DNA of 64,000 bases, from assembly GCA_964016885.1 (NCBI GenBank), contig OZ024757.1, positions 4,340,001 through 4,404,000 on the forward strand, in the 5' to 3' direction. A program made the position numbers and the translations under genes. The stretch comes from Eledone cirrhosa. Taxonomy: Eukaryota. This document shows, piece by piece, positions 45,900 to 58,782 of the stretch. The notes under the pieces were generated by a model. That model saw only the letters and a program-made list of their open reading frames with translations, had not been told where the DNA came from and ran no database searches. Numbering within the stretch: the first letter of the stretch is position 1; each line of letters opens with the position of its first letter.

Positions 45900-47025
45900 C
45901 TTCTAATTTATCTTGCGGTACGTGATAAAAAAAACAACAGGCTCCTCTCTGTTTTTCCAGTAGCTTTTTTTTTTTTTTTTTTTTCAATCAGATCTGTTTC
46001 CAGTGCCGAAATAGCTTGTGGTTAGAAAAAGCTATCTCACTTACCGCTTTTCATAGGCGCCGCTAAATTCCACTGCAGGTTACTCCTCTTCCACGTGCGT
46101 CCAACTGCTTAACACCGGGAGCTGCCAAAACTCGCGTCCACACCGTTGCTGGTCACCACTAGTGAGGCCCTCTGCTGACCCTTCCGGTCAAGCATCCTTC
46201 CGGCCAAGCACCCTTACGGTCGAGCACTACCTCGCTTCCGGCCACCGCACGCCACACCGTACCCACAGTGCTTTCTAGCAAAAAGCCACCAGCCGTAAGC
46301 AACTACCACACTCCTTCCAACCTGACCGCTGCTACGTCACGATTCTTAGCCATTTTTGAATGTATTCTTGGCGCGATCACTTTGAAAAGTTTATTGTCTA
46401 GATTAGAGCAAACTCCTGAAGAGTCCGATGCTCGAGTTTCAGAAGTTATTGGAAATCTCAAAATGCGGACGAAACCATGGTCGAGGTAAATAAATGTATT
46501 CTCTTTTCTCCTAGTTTATTTTACACCTAATTCTGTTTAATTGACTATATCTGGGCGATTACGCTGTCGCAATATTCGATAAATATTCCGTCGCAGCCGA
46601 CGCGAAGGGCTAGTTTCGGTTATTTGTTGGAGATTTCTTCATAGAAGCCTTATTCTTATAGCCTGGTCTATTCGATTTTTTATATGGTTAATTATGCTAA
46701 TTGGGAGAGGAAATGGTATATATTTTATCTGGTGATTCTATAGACATGTTTTATGATATATAGCACTGATTATTTAATTTATTAACTTTTCATTGAGCCA
46801 CAAAGTGACCCGGTGTAAAACACGTATATGTATATATGTATATATATATATATATATGTAAACCTTTATATATATATATATATTTACATGTATTCGGTAT
46901 ACAATGGTGCAATTCACTTCTAGACTCAACGCCATATTCCCAATGACAGGGGTGACGGAGTACATTAATAAAGATGAAATGCGAAGTTTAAGGTGTTAGA
47001 GTCCTTTATTATTTGAGCCGTTAGA

Positions 47026-47213
47026 TGGCGGTGGATGGCAGTATCGGTAGAGGGTCGGACACCATGGTTTGACGAATAGAGTTACGGGCCTTGCCATTCT
47101 GAGTTCAAATCCCGCCGAGGTTAACTTTGCCTTTCATCCTTACGGGGTCGATAAAATAAAGTACCAGTAATGCACTGAGATAATTGCTGGCCTTGTGCCA
47201 AAAAGTAGAAACA
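47026..47213 (+). mobile_element. tRNA-derived SINE with 16-bp TSD
   Basis: TSD attatttgagccgtta at 47008-47023 and 47214-47229. Confidence 0.9.
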
Positions 47214-47571
47214 ATTATTTGAGCCGTTATATATATTACATTGTGATCTCTTCAGACAGCAAAAATTGATTAAAAGGTAACATTTCTGAGGCAATTTTAT
47301 TTGGAAGGGAGCGGACTAAAAAAATGTGTTTTTGCTTTGGTTGACCGCCTCCTTCTTCGCATTTTCATCTTTATTTTATATATATATATATTAAAGTGCT
47401 TATACGTGGTTGTTACGCTGTAACTTGGTGAGGATAAGCCGGTTCGAGCGATCCAAAATCGCTCTACGTCACTAGTTTATCCCAGTTAAAAGTTAGTGAT
47501 TATTAGTGACGGAGTATTCATTTATCAAATTAAGAGTAATTTAGACGGGGTTAACCATAATTACTTTATTT

Positions 47572-47622
47572 CATGATATATATTTCTGTTACATGGTTAT
47601 ATGTGTGACTTCATCAGGTGCT
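47572..47622 (-). ncRNA. Hammerhead-like motif with intact core and weak stem I
   Basis: CTGATGA-a-gtcacacat ataacc atgtaac-a-GAAA-tatata-TC. Confidence 0.5.
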
Positions 47623-47794
47623 CATACAATCATTAGGTGTAGTTTTGCAACCATGGGAATATGTCGCTGGTCATGTATTACGATCCAGTTCTGATCTCAG
47701 CAGACACATCCTCGTGATTGCATAACTACATCTATGATTATGGTGAAGCAACCGAATCTAAACTACTCCTAATTTGATATATATTTATATATAT

Positions 47795-49100
47795 ATAAGC
47801 AAAGAGATATTTAATTTGCTGGTAATTCAACAAATTTATTTATTATAACAGATTCGAAGCACTCTACAGATTTCCTGAAGTATAATATCAATGATATTAA
47901 TAAATGGAAACTATATTTATAAAACCATATTTATTTTATTATATATATTTCAAGGGTACCAAAAAACTTTGGCACGCTCTCATCAAATAAAATACAAAAT
48001 TTGTTTCATAAATAGTGACATATCCGATAAACCAGACCTTACCGGTTCAGGTTCCATTTGGATAGTGAAAGAAAAAGAGAAAAATTTTCAAAATTTAGGA
48101 TGGATATGCAAATGAAGTAGAAGCGTAGACTGAAAAAATCGTTATATTTAGACGCTAGGTAAATTTAAATAATTATTAGGTTACTTTATAAAAGAAAAAG
48201 ATGAAGAAGAAGGAAGAAAGATAGGCTAATATTATTATTAGGATCCCGCCGAGGTCAACTTTGCCTTTCATCCTTACGGGGTCGATAAAATAAAGTACCA
48301 GTAATGTACTGGGTAATTTGCTGGCCTTGTGCCAAAAGTAGAAACAATTATTATTAGGGTGCAAGTAGATTTCAAAATTAAGAATTAAAAATGAGTTGAA
48401 GTGGTAGAATGCTAATCCAAAAATGTTTAAATATATATGAGTTATAATATAATATATATAATCTATATAAGTACAATATATATAATCTATATGTAAGTAC
48501 ACTTTAGCTTATTATATTACAACCAGTCAATTATATAAATAGATAAAAATATAAATATTATTGGTGATTATACATGCTGTTATTAATTCAAATATAATTT
48601 AAGGGTTACGAAGAATATTGTGTTTACATTTTTAAAATATAGTTAAGAAAAAGACATAGTTCGAATTTTATTATAGAAGAACTTTTTGTACCTTCAAATA
48701 GTTCAATCAAGATAGAAAACATTAAGTTAACGAAAATTATAGAGACTTAGAATATTTATGTTGTTAAGAAGAGAGGATGTTTTATGCGTGCTAGATTATA
48801 AAGGAAAAGGAAAAAAAAAGGAAAAGATAACTTCAATGTTTATTAGTTACCTTGTTTACGTTATTTTCTTCCTAATTCACTATATAGATAATATCTAAAT
48901 ACATATATAAAAGAAATTCTCTTCTTTGAAAACATGTAATATAAAATACCTTATAATCATACATAAAATAATATATAAAATTTTCTCCACATACATTTTA
49001 AGTAAATTCAAATATAAATGACAAATCTAACGTAAATAGGGTAACTAATAATATAAATATGGTTTTATAAATATAGTTTCCATTTATTAATATCGTTGAT
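47795..49100 (-). mobile_element. Diverged PLE 3' UTR/pLTR of the 38830 family, containing a SINE 3' fragment (48243-48347)
   Basis: 47795-48010 is the reverse complement of about 39280-39500. Hammerhead with TTGATGA core at about 47933-47991. Confidence 0.65.
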
Positions 49101-49239
49101 ATATATATATATATATGTGTGTGTGTGGGGGGAGGGAGATCGTTATAAACCTTAATGGACCGAAATTATTGTAATTTCCAAAGTTTGACTGAGGAGATGG
49201 GACTGTCAGTCTTTCCATTGTTTTTCCATTGGCTTTGTC

Positions 49240-49278
<39 letters not shown>

Positions 49279-49280
49279 AT

Positions 49281-49313
<33 letters not shown>

Positions 49314-49597
49314 TATAAAATAAATAGGATGTGGTGGGGTTTTAATATGTAAACTAAACGACTAATTCTGTTTTTTTTTAAATCAAGGAAGACAACCCAG
49401 AAAATTTACCTATTTTCCAGCCCCTCCGCTTATTCTCCCTGCCTAGCTCCTAATAGTTGAGACCCGAGAGTAATTATGTTTCTATCTAAATTATTTTTTA
49501 GTAAAAAGTTGCCCCATTTTTTTAACACTCTTACAGTAGCTGCCAGGTTAAGACGTACGATAGCGGGCCTAACTACACATCATAATCTCTATATATA

Positions 49598-49784
49598 TGT
49601 TTCTACTTTTAGCACAAGGCCAGCAATTCACCAGTGCATTACTGGTACTTTATTTTATCGACCTCGTAAGGATGAAAGGCAAAGTTAACCTCGGCGGGTT
49701 TTGAACTCAGATCATAAAGGGCCATAACTCTATGCTGCAATGCATGGTGTCCGACTTTCTACCGATACTGCCAATCCACCGCCC
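49598..49784 (-). mobile_element. tRNA-derived SINE, full length
   Basis: Reverse complement of the 17126 family. Confidence 0.9.
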
Positions 49785-49873
49785 TTATATGAGTATATGT
49801 GTGTGTGTATGTGTGAGTGTATATATATGTGTCTGTATGTGTGCATGTTTGTATATATGTGTATGTATATATA

Positions 49874-50756
49874 CGAGGTGTGTCAGAAAGTTCCAGGACT
49901 GATGTCACAAAAGATTTATTTCAAACCCAAACTTCGCACTAACAGTTTTCTCCTTCAAAGTAATCCCCCTGGAGTCTAATGCACTTTTCCATCCTTTTCT
50001 GCCACGCTTACATGCACTCCTGGAAGGATTCTTGCAGCATCCTCCGCAGTTCCGTCGTCACGGCCTTTTTGATGTCGTCCACGTCTTCAAAACGGGTCCC
50101 CTCTGGGTCGTACTCGGAGATCCACGACTCATCACCGGTGATCACTGTCCCTAGCAAGTCTGGTTCGGTTTCAAGACGCTTGAGGATGTCCTGGCATACT
50201 TGCATGCGTCGACCCTTCTGGTTATCGTTCAGCAGTTTTGGCACCATCTTCGCGCAGACTTGCCGCATGTCCAAATCTTCAGTGACAATCTTCCAGACGC
50301 TGTCCCAATTCATGCCCAGCTCATTTGCCATCAGTCGAACAGTCAGCCGACGATCGCTACGCACCATCTGCCTGACGCGCTCAACGTTGACCTCGATCCT
50401 GGTTGTTGAGGGCCTTCTGCTCCTGGGGTCATCTTGCACCACTCAAAAACACGTGAGCGTGACATCATCTCATCTCCATACACTTGTGAAGCAATCCCAG
50501 TGCTTCTGACGGAGTTTTCCGCAACCGTACCAGAAACTTCAAGTTTGTTCGTTGCTCTGTGCTCATTGCTTGACGACCTGAAACAGAGGACATGTATATA
50601 AAATTATGAAGAAAAAGTTTGATGGCTACAGAGAGCTAAGATTACAGTTACATACTCCAGGTGGATTACTTTGAAGGAGAAAACTCTTACTGTGAAGTTT
50701 GGGTTTGAAATAAATCTTTTGTGACATCAGTGCTGGATCTTTTCTGACACACCTCG
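49874..50756 (-). mobile_element. Internally deleted mariner (Tc1/mariner) transposon
   Basis: About 105-bp TIRs (cgaggtgtgtcagaaa..) and TA TSD. Transposase remnant DDPRSRRPST..DRRLTVR..KMVPKLL..ITGDESW..YDPE is joined to the C-terminal GTRFEDV. Confidence 0.93.
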
Positions 50757-50809
<53 letters not shown>

Positions 50810-50811
50810 TA

Positions 50812-51449
50812 TTCTAGGGCGGGAAAAATTCCTGAGATCCATGGAGGAGTTCTCTACACCGGTCTCTGTCCCTCATTATTGCTGTCATGTCCTGCGTCTC
50901 CAACAGACCAGTGTCTGTCCTTAGGGCATCAACATACGTTAACCTTGGTCTTCCTCTTCCAGTGTGTCCATGTAGAGGCTCCCACAGGAGCACTGAGTGC
51001 AATATCAACTCTGGATGTCGGTGAGCATGTCCGGCTAACCTCAGTCTCCTCTATATCAATTTTGAGGTGACTTTTGGGAGGCACCCATACAGCTCTGAGT
51101 TTTTCATCCTCAGTGTACACTGATTAATGTTCAGAGCCATCCTCAGCATTCTCGTGTAGCACCCATCCACCATCTAAGTGAGTTTCTTGGTCAGTGTCCA
51201 AGTCTCAGACCCGTACAGCAGCACAGACTCCACTACAGCAACATATCTGGTAGAGAATGTTGAGAAGCCAGAGGAGATCACTAATGTAGGCGGGAAGCCG
51301 CTAGAATTGGTTGAGGACTTGGGAGCAAAGATTGGGACTACGGAGGATGATGTGGTTGAGAGGAAGAGCAAAGCCTAGGTGGCGTGCCACAGTTTGAGAT
51401 CGGTGTGGAAGTCGGACCTTCGTAAAGACCTGAAAATCCGCCTCTTCAT
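50812..51449 (-). mobile_element. 3' fragment of an RTE-like LINE with inverted 5' segment
   Basis: Minus-strand 50812-51250 reads VESVLLYGSETWTLTK..GCYTRMLRMALNI..GRGRPRLTYVD. Plus-strand 51250-51449 reads the upstream segment ..ACHSLRSVWKSDLRKDLKIRLF. Confidence 0.85.
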
Positions 51450-51458
51450 ATATATATA

Positions 51459-51544
<86 letters not shown>

Positions 51545-51546
<2 letters not shown>

Positions 51547-51738
51547 TTAAAGGTTAAACAAGGTTCAATGAATAAATCAAAGAATTAGTTTTACAATAGA
51601 TTGGAAGCACTCAACAGTTATGGTTTTCCGGAGTTATTAATATTAATTCAAAATATTAACAAAAATAGAACTTCTTGTGATCAAGTATATTTTATAAAAT
51701 ATACTTGATCACAAGAAGTTCTATTTTTGTTAATATTA
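51545..51738. mobile_element. Fold-back tail fragment of the 22107-22314 pLTR family
   Basis: Matches 22107-22255 and has a hairpin centred at about 51695. Confidence 0.8.
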
Positions 51739-51939
51739 TATTTTTATTGTTTGACCTGAATTACTTGGTCGTTTGTTTTGGCTGTGCGGATGATATGTTT
51801 AACCATCATCTCAGTGTGTTTGGCCCTTAACGTATGTTGTAGCTCTGATTCACATGAATCATCGAGCGCTTGCTACACATATCGGATGTTGATTTTCGTT
51901 AATTCCTGTGCTGAAATACGATTCTCGCTAATTTATATT

Positions 51940-51984
<45 letters not shown>

Positions 51985-51987
<3 letters not shown>

Positions 51988-52447
51988 ATAACAAGTTATC
52001 GTTATAGGTAATCCAGTTAAGGGTTGTGAGTACTCTACGTCGTGGATAGATTTAACGTACGGCTTTGTTTGACTCAACAAGATGTTTCCATAGTTAGGCA
52101 GCGAGTTCGCGGTAATTCCTATGCAGTTTATACTTGGAGTAATAATAGTGAAAGAATGAAGAGTAACATGGTTGGCTGTACAACAAAGGGCTTTATTTCA
52201 GGTATTGACAATTGTTTCATTGATCAGGTGAGTCTAGAGGTCGCTATATATCTTGCTCCGAGTGAATTATTTTTATATCTTCGTATTCTGATGTGTTGAT
52301 CAATGGTAAATAATGTAATGGCGATCGAGTGACGCAGCTTCAAGCGATTAGCGAACTATAGACTCACCTGATCAATGAAACAATTGACAATACCTGAAAT
52401 AAAGCCCCTTGTTGTACAGCCGACCATGTTACTCTTCATTCTTTCAC

Positions 52448-52449
<2 letters not shown>
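51985..52449. mobile_element. Fold-back pLTR with a damaged hammerhead (GAAAC-aatt-GTC retained)
   Basis: 52147-52237 is inverted at 52358-52449. GAGTACT tail motif at about 52028. Confidence 0.65.
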
Positions 52450-52481
<32 letters not shown>

Positions 52482-52534
52482 TAGAGTATGTGTGTACATG
52501 TATATATCTGTGTATGCATTTGTAAATACATTGT

Positions 52535-52566
<32 letters not shown>

Positions 52567-52924
52567 GAGAGAGAGAGAGGGGGGGGGTATAGACACAGGC
52601 AAGCAAATGCGCACCGACATGAAATTAGAAATTAGAAAGTATTTGTGTATGTATATGTATATATATATAGAGTAAGAGAGAGAGAGGGAGTAAGAGAGAG
52701 AGTGGGAGAGAGAGAGAGAGAGCGAGAGAGAGATTGTTTGGTGTAGATACTTCAAATTTATTTACATTAAATCTCTTGTTAGGAATCTTTGAGAATTAAA
52801 TTAGAATTTCAGGGACGACGAGAAAAATGCCACTTGAATCCGTTGTTGACTCCACTTCACAAATTCAGTATAGCAGCTTCTCACATAGCTAGACAGACAG
52901 ACAGACAAACACACACATACACAT

Positions 52925-52970
<46 letters not shown>

Positions 52971-53284
52971 GTGGAAAAATGAAACGAAATTTCATTTCTC
53001 ACTCTTAGTACGGCTGTTACTTAAATGTAAGTATGTATACGTACATACATATATGTATACAGACGTACAGTAGTATACATACATGCACACATATATATAT
53101 GTACGTATGGGTTTACCGAATATTTATTATAATGTTCGGTTTGTTTGTAAAGAAACACCCCGAATTATTCCGTAGAGTGTTCAGAAAACCATCGTCGCCT
53201 TTTTGTTCAACATTGACACAGGACACGTTAATATGCATAAGGAAAGTATATACTTTCAGACGTTCATAGATATATAAATAGATA

Positions 53285-53660
53285 TATTTCTTTATTAGCC
53301 ACAAGGGCGCACAAGAAAAGGGGACAATACAAAGACATGCCGGGGATTTTACATACAGTCGTGTAAAAAATATAAAAACAAACAATTACAACAATCGAAA
53401 TCCCCAATAGGGGGGAGGCGCCACAAATGGGTTGTTTAATGCCCTGTCGATAGAACAACCCTCAACTCCAGGAGCGTGTTGTGCAAGTGCTCCCTTCTTC
53501 CTTTTGCTCTCTTCCTCAACCTACAGGCTTATAAACAGAGAAGGCCCAATCACTCGGACCATTTTCGCTTCATTCACCCACCTTTCAGTAAATTTACTGG
53601 GGTGCAGTGCCTCTCTCTCCACCCTGATTCTCCTTCTAAAGTGATACTTAAAGAAGGGAA
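53285..53660 (-). mobile_element. Tx1/L1-clade LINE 3' fragment A
   Basis: Homologous to the ORF2 C-terminus and 3' UTR of 53737-54120. Bounded by GATA-like sequence. Confidence 0.88.
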
Positions 53661-53674
53661 TATAGATAGATAGT

Positions 53675-53735
<61 letters not shown>

Positions 53736-53736
53736 C

Positions 53737-56700
53737 ATTTTCCTTTTATTTGCCACCAGGGCATCAAAAAGTGGGACAAGTACAATGGGGGGAGTTTACA
53801 TGAAAAGGCGTCCTCAATAAGGAGGAGGCAATAACAAAGTACAAAAATAAAATAAAATATAACAAAATAAATTTTATAACAAAATCCTCAATAGGGAGGA
53901 GGCGCACACACACCCGAAAAAAAGTGTGCAACCCTTCTCCTCGGGAGCACAGAGAGGGGGTGTTCCCTTGATCTTTCATCTTCCTCACCTATAGTCTGAT
54001 GTAGAGTGAAGGCCCATTCACACGGGCCATTCTCGCCACTTTCACCCATCTTTCATAAAAACGGCTGGGGTGCAGCACCTCTCTCTCCATCCTGATCCTT
54101 CTTCCGAAATGATATCGGAAGAAACGGACCAGTTGTTGGCCAGAGAGAAAGGTGTCTGACCTCAGTCCTTTCAGACGCGTCCACCATACAACCTCTTTCG
54201 CCATGGCTATTACGCACAGAAACACCGACTCTCCTTCGTTTATGAAGAGGGGAGGCGGCTTGATCGTTACAATAGACTCGGTGGTCAACCGGATTGGTCC
54301 CACCCTTGACAGCAGTTGTTCGACATAGCCCCACAGATCGGCAATTCCCGAGCAGTGTACCAATGCGTGTGCAACGGTTTCCTCGTCGCACACGCATCTG
54401 GGACAGATCTTTTTCGAGGGGTCCCTACCCGGGCGCCCGTGTCTGTAGAGCCTTTCTCGAACGGCAGAGCCCCTCGTTAGCACTGCCAGGCCAGGGACCT
54501 CTGGAAGTTATCCATGGGTCCCGGGCTGAATGTCCTACCGAACAGGTTGGCCAGTTCGTCTTCCTCCATCTTCCTCCTTCAGCTTAGCCCCTGTAAAGCT
54601 TTCGTACTCCGCCAGTAAAGTGCCGATCGCCTCGATTTCCGAGGCCGTCGAGACCATTGCTGTTACGTCGTCGGCGTAGGCCGACACCGCTATCCGCAAT
54701 CTCCGTTCCAACGGGATGCCCTGCAACAACTCCAACTTCCGCAGCAGTGGCTCTAGAGTCATTACATACAGAAGGGAGGAGGGCACCCTTGTCGGATGGA
54801 CCGCGCAATTTCGAAGGGCTCCGAGAGATAGCCGTTCACCTTGACTCTAGAGCAGATGCGGCTGCTGTGCATGGCATTGATCCAGCCCCTAAAAACGGGT
54901 CCGAAGCCTGCCGCCGCTAGCACCGCATCCAGGTAACCATGGTCAACCCTATCGAACGCCTTAGATTGATCCAAGTTGATCAGGGCCCCACCAAAGCTGG
55001 GTTCGTTCCCAACCCTCTCTATGATGTATCGCATGAGGTGGAGGTTGTCGTGGATGGACCTGGACGGGATAGCACATGTCTGCGCATCTCCCACCAGGTT
55101 GCCCACGACGAGCGCCAACCTCTTTGCTAGCACCTTGGCCAAAATCTGTAACTCTGTATTTAGCAGAGTTATGGGCCTGACATTATTTATATCGTCCCCC
55201 TTGTTCTCGTCCTTCCTCACTAGCGTGACTACGCCCTTGGTCACAGCACAGGGGATTCTCCTGTTCTGTTGCCAGTTGCAGTAGACCGCCTCGAGGAGAT
55301 CGGGGAACAAGTCCGGCATAGCTAGATATAGTTCTTATGGAAGACTATCGAGACCCGGGGATTTGCGTTTGCCGCATTGGCTCAGCACGTCCTCTATCTC
55401 AGCGGCTGAAATCGGCTCCTCGTAGGACTTCGCCTCCCTGTCCGAGAGACGCGGCAGGCCGTCGAGGTATGGACCGAAGTCCACATCCCCAACCGGCTCC
55501 CCGCCCCTTCCAAACAATCAGGCAAACTGCTTTTAAAAAGCCTCGCACATCTGCTTAGGTTCAAGGATCACCCATCCATCCTGGTCTCGCAAAGACCGGA
55601 TAGTGGATCTGCTCCCTCTTTTGGCTTCTGTCACGCGGGCCCAGCTAACAGCTTTGGTCCCCTCGTTTCCCAGAGCACGTATTTTGCTTTGGACGATGCA
55701 GCCTTCGTGTTTCGCGTCGAAGAACTGGCCCAGGGCCGTTCTCGACGCTAGCACTCTGGCCACGTCGCCGCTTCTAATTGCCTCTTCTACACTATCTATC
55801 AGCTGCCTTTCCTTCCTATTTCTATTTGAGGCTAACTCCTTACTAAATTCTATAGAGACTACTCTAATCTCTCTTTTGAGAGATCCCCACCACCTGCTGT
55901 TGACGATGGCGCCCGTCAACCGCTCCTTAACTAAAGTGCTAATCCGGTCCCTGTAAGCCTTACTTGCCGGTAAGGACAAGTTGAGCTTCCAGTAACCGGG
56001 TCCCTGTCTATGCGTTCTGTCAAGGTTGACCATGCAGCTCACTAACTTGTGGTCTGAATAGCCAACCATGCTTATGTTTGGACAACTTAAAAAGTCCTTA
56101 TCCTTATGTCTAACTAAGAACCTATCTAGGTACGACCTAGATGATCCGCTACGGTTTGCCCAAGTCCAAGTTGGCGCAGTCGGAAAATCTAGTCAATATC
56201 TATCGGCCAGGTCAAATCGACCGATTAACCCTTTGAGGCTATTACACCCCTCTCTATCGGGACAGGCCCCAACGTAGTCCCAACGTGCATCTAGGATACC
56301 ATTCCAGTCTCCCACTAATAGCAAGGAGCGGGAAAAGTCTCCAGACGATGGAAGAAGTCCGGCCGCATTGACCCGAAAGGGCCGTAGGCGGCTACCAACC
56401 TAAACGCTCCGCCTTCACCACTTCCAAGGTCCAGAACCACTAGTCGACCCTCCGGGTCCAAATGTACCGTCTGTGTTGCGAGACCCAGATGTTTTTGAAG
56501 CAGAACGACAACCCCACCTCCACCTCCGGGCTGACAGAGAGATGCGTGCATCTCAAAGTCATCAAAGGTGGGGGCCAGCTGTCGCACGTTGCTGATCCGG
56601 GCCTCGCAAATAACCATCACATATATACGTTGTGACCTGAGTTCATTTAGAAGCATTGCTTGCTTCCAAGTTGAGCCCAGGCCACGCGCATTTAAACAGC

Positions 56701-58762
56701 CTACTCTTAGCATAGCCATGTTGGTGGTGAAGAGAAAAGGCACTTACCTCTCTGCGTCCTGGGTATCGGGCTGCACAATTTCCATGAGGATAGGGGATGG
56801 GTTGTTGGGTGGGGTGGTGGTTTGTGGAAGTGTAGGGGCATCAGTGTGTTGTGTGGTTGGGATGTTTGGAGTTGTGTGGGTGTTTAGGGAGGGGGTGGGG
56901 TAGTTTTTTTAGGAGGAGGCGGTTAATGGGCCCGACGCAGGTGGGGGGGGGGCACGTCCTCTTTAAAGTTGTCTTTTAGAGTTTTATAATTGTCCTCTGG
57001 GGCCTTAATCATTTTGAGGTGGGGGAAATCCCCTGCCTGGGTGAAGTTAGGCCCTTGGGTTTTTATTAAATTGTTGTTGTACACAATGTTTAACAGTTTT
57101 TTGTTTCTTGTGTTTATGTATGTGTATGCATGTTTTTGTTTTCGTGTGGTGTTTTTTGTTTGCTGTTGTGTGCTCTTTTGTGTTGGTGTCAGTGTTATGT
57201 TTTGGGGAGGGGTTGTTTTCATTTGTGTGTCTGAGGTGTGTTTTCTTTTTTTTTCTTTTGATTGTGTGGAAGTGCTCCTCCTCGTCTGACGACGAACGAG
57301 GGTCATCTTCCGCGTTGGAGGGGAGGGGTATATTTTCGGGTTGTGTTTGCGGTGCGGGTGTTTTGGAAATTGTTTTTTTTTAGTGGGGGGGGGACATTGT
57401 TTTGTTTTGGTTTGAGCTGTGGTTGTTGTTTTTGTAGTGGTGGTTGTGGTGGTTGTGTTGGTTGTGCAGTTGTTGGTGGTGTAGGCAGGATTGGGGTTTT
57501 CTTATTAAGTTGGGCACAGACAGCCCTCAGGTGACCTCTGGTTCCACAGAGGTAACACGAGGGCCGCCTACCCTCAATGGTAATGTTGATGAAAGTTTGA
57601 TCATCCAGTATGACGCGTTCAGGGATCTGGGCGATCCTTTCGGGCCTCATTTGAACTACAAGTTCGAAGCTCGTCCCACTGAACGCGTCACCCGATGCCT
57701 TTCCCATGGACACCAGCGTGTCATCATCCAGGTTCAGGAAACCTGTCAAAACCCACCATATGTCCATGATCGGCAGGATGAGTGGATTTTTATTTTTTGT
57801 GTCCTTCTACCCATGTACGTAGGGTAGAAGGTGTATGCGGTGGATGTAATTAGTTTTATGGACAGTTTCACTGCTGTGTCCCTGTCCTTCATGAGAATGG
57901 ATAGACTCCCGTAGAGTCTATCCTTCTGAATGAATGTGATGTCTTTCATGACGTCTTTTAAAACCAGCTCTATCTCACTGTGATGGTTGAGCTGGTTTTT
58001 TGCTTTTATTTGAGATTGTCCTAAACATGACAGTGTTTAGGAGTCTCTGGCTTTTTAGTTCCGGGGGGGGGGGGGGGGAGTGGATCGAAAATGCACCATT
58101 TTCCCCGTACACTATATATTTTTTGGAATCTGCCAGTAGCTCCTTCGCTTTGGTTATATCTACTGGCAGATAGTCGAGGGTTTTCTTTGCCGTCTGGGCG
58201 AAGGAGACCTGAGTGGTGTTGTTGTTATCATTGTTGTTGTTATCACAGTTATTGGTCTTGTTGTTGTTGTTGTTATTGTTATTGTTGTTGGTGTTGTTTT
58301 CGTCCGTAGCATTGTTGTTGTTGGTGTTGTTTTCGTCCGTAGCATTGTTGTTGTTGTTGTTGTTGCTGGTGCCGCTGGTTGTTTGGATTGTTGCCATGGC
58401 AACGTCAAGTTGTCGGTCAGCAGGTGGAGAAAATCCTTCCTCTGGCTGACCTTTGTCTTTGACCTCTGCTACTATGACAGTGGCAGGGAGAAGCTGTGAG
58501 CTTATCTTCCCCTTTCCTCCTTCGAATTTTGGTGAAGAAGCTTCAGCCATTTAAAAAAAATGTTAGCTTTTCAAAAATAAAAAAATTTTGTTAACTATTT
58601 CGCCTAAAGGCGTAGAATATTTTGAGAGACTGACCAGATCAAAATTTGACCTGGCAGTCCCTCTACAAAATGGTACAAAAATTAAAGTTTACAGTCAAGA
58701 ATTTCTATAGAAATTTAAGCAGAACTTACTCAGCAAGTTACACGCGTGTGTCCATCCCAGAT
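53737..58762 (-). mobile_element. Tx1/L1-clade LINE B: 5' UTR, ORF1 and ORF2 (decayed, internal deletion near 54570)
   Basis: ORF1 starts at 58550 and has a CYLCGTRGHLRAVC knuckle. ORF2 ATG at 56719 leads to APE (LNARGL, GDWN, SDHK), GPGYWKLN, KSPGLD, RPITLLNTE, LDQSKAFDRV, RQGCP, AYADD and CPRC..ETVAHALVHC. (GATA)n on both sides. Confidence 0.95.
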
Positions 58763-58782
58763 GATAGATAGATAGATAGATA

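Larger units (their letters stand above)
42208..46267 (-). mobile_element. Full-length compact Ty3/gypsy LTR retrotransposon (decayed ORFs)
   Basis: TG..CA LTRs at 42208-42426 and 46017-46267. 5-bp TSD GTGCT at 42203-07 and 46268-72. Polypurine tract agggggcg. Domain order is gag-PR-RT-RH-IN. Confidence 0.96.
41539..46870 (+). mobile_element. Non-coding tandem pLTR element (about 650-bp unit, 5' inversion) split by the LTR retrotransposon; hammerheads at 41697-41772 and 46412-46487
   Basis: 41675-42150 is repeated at 46390-46870, and 41539-41675 is inverted. Ribozyme reads CTGAAGA-gtccg..cggac-GAAA-ccatgg-TC-gaggt. Confidence 0.85.
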
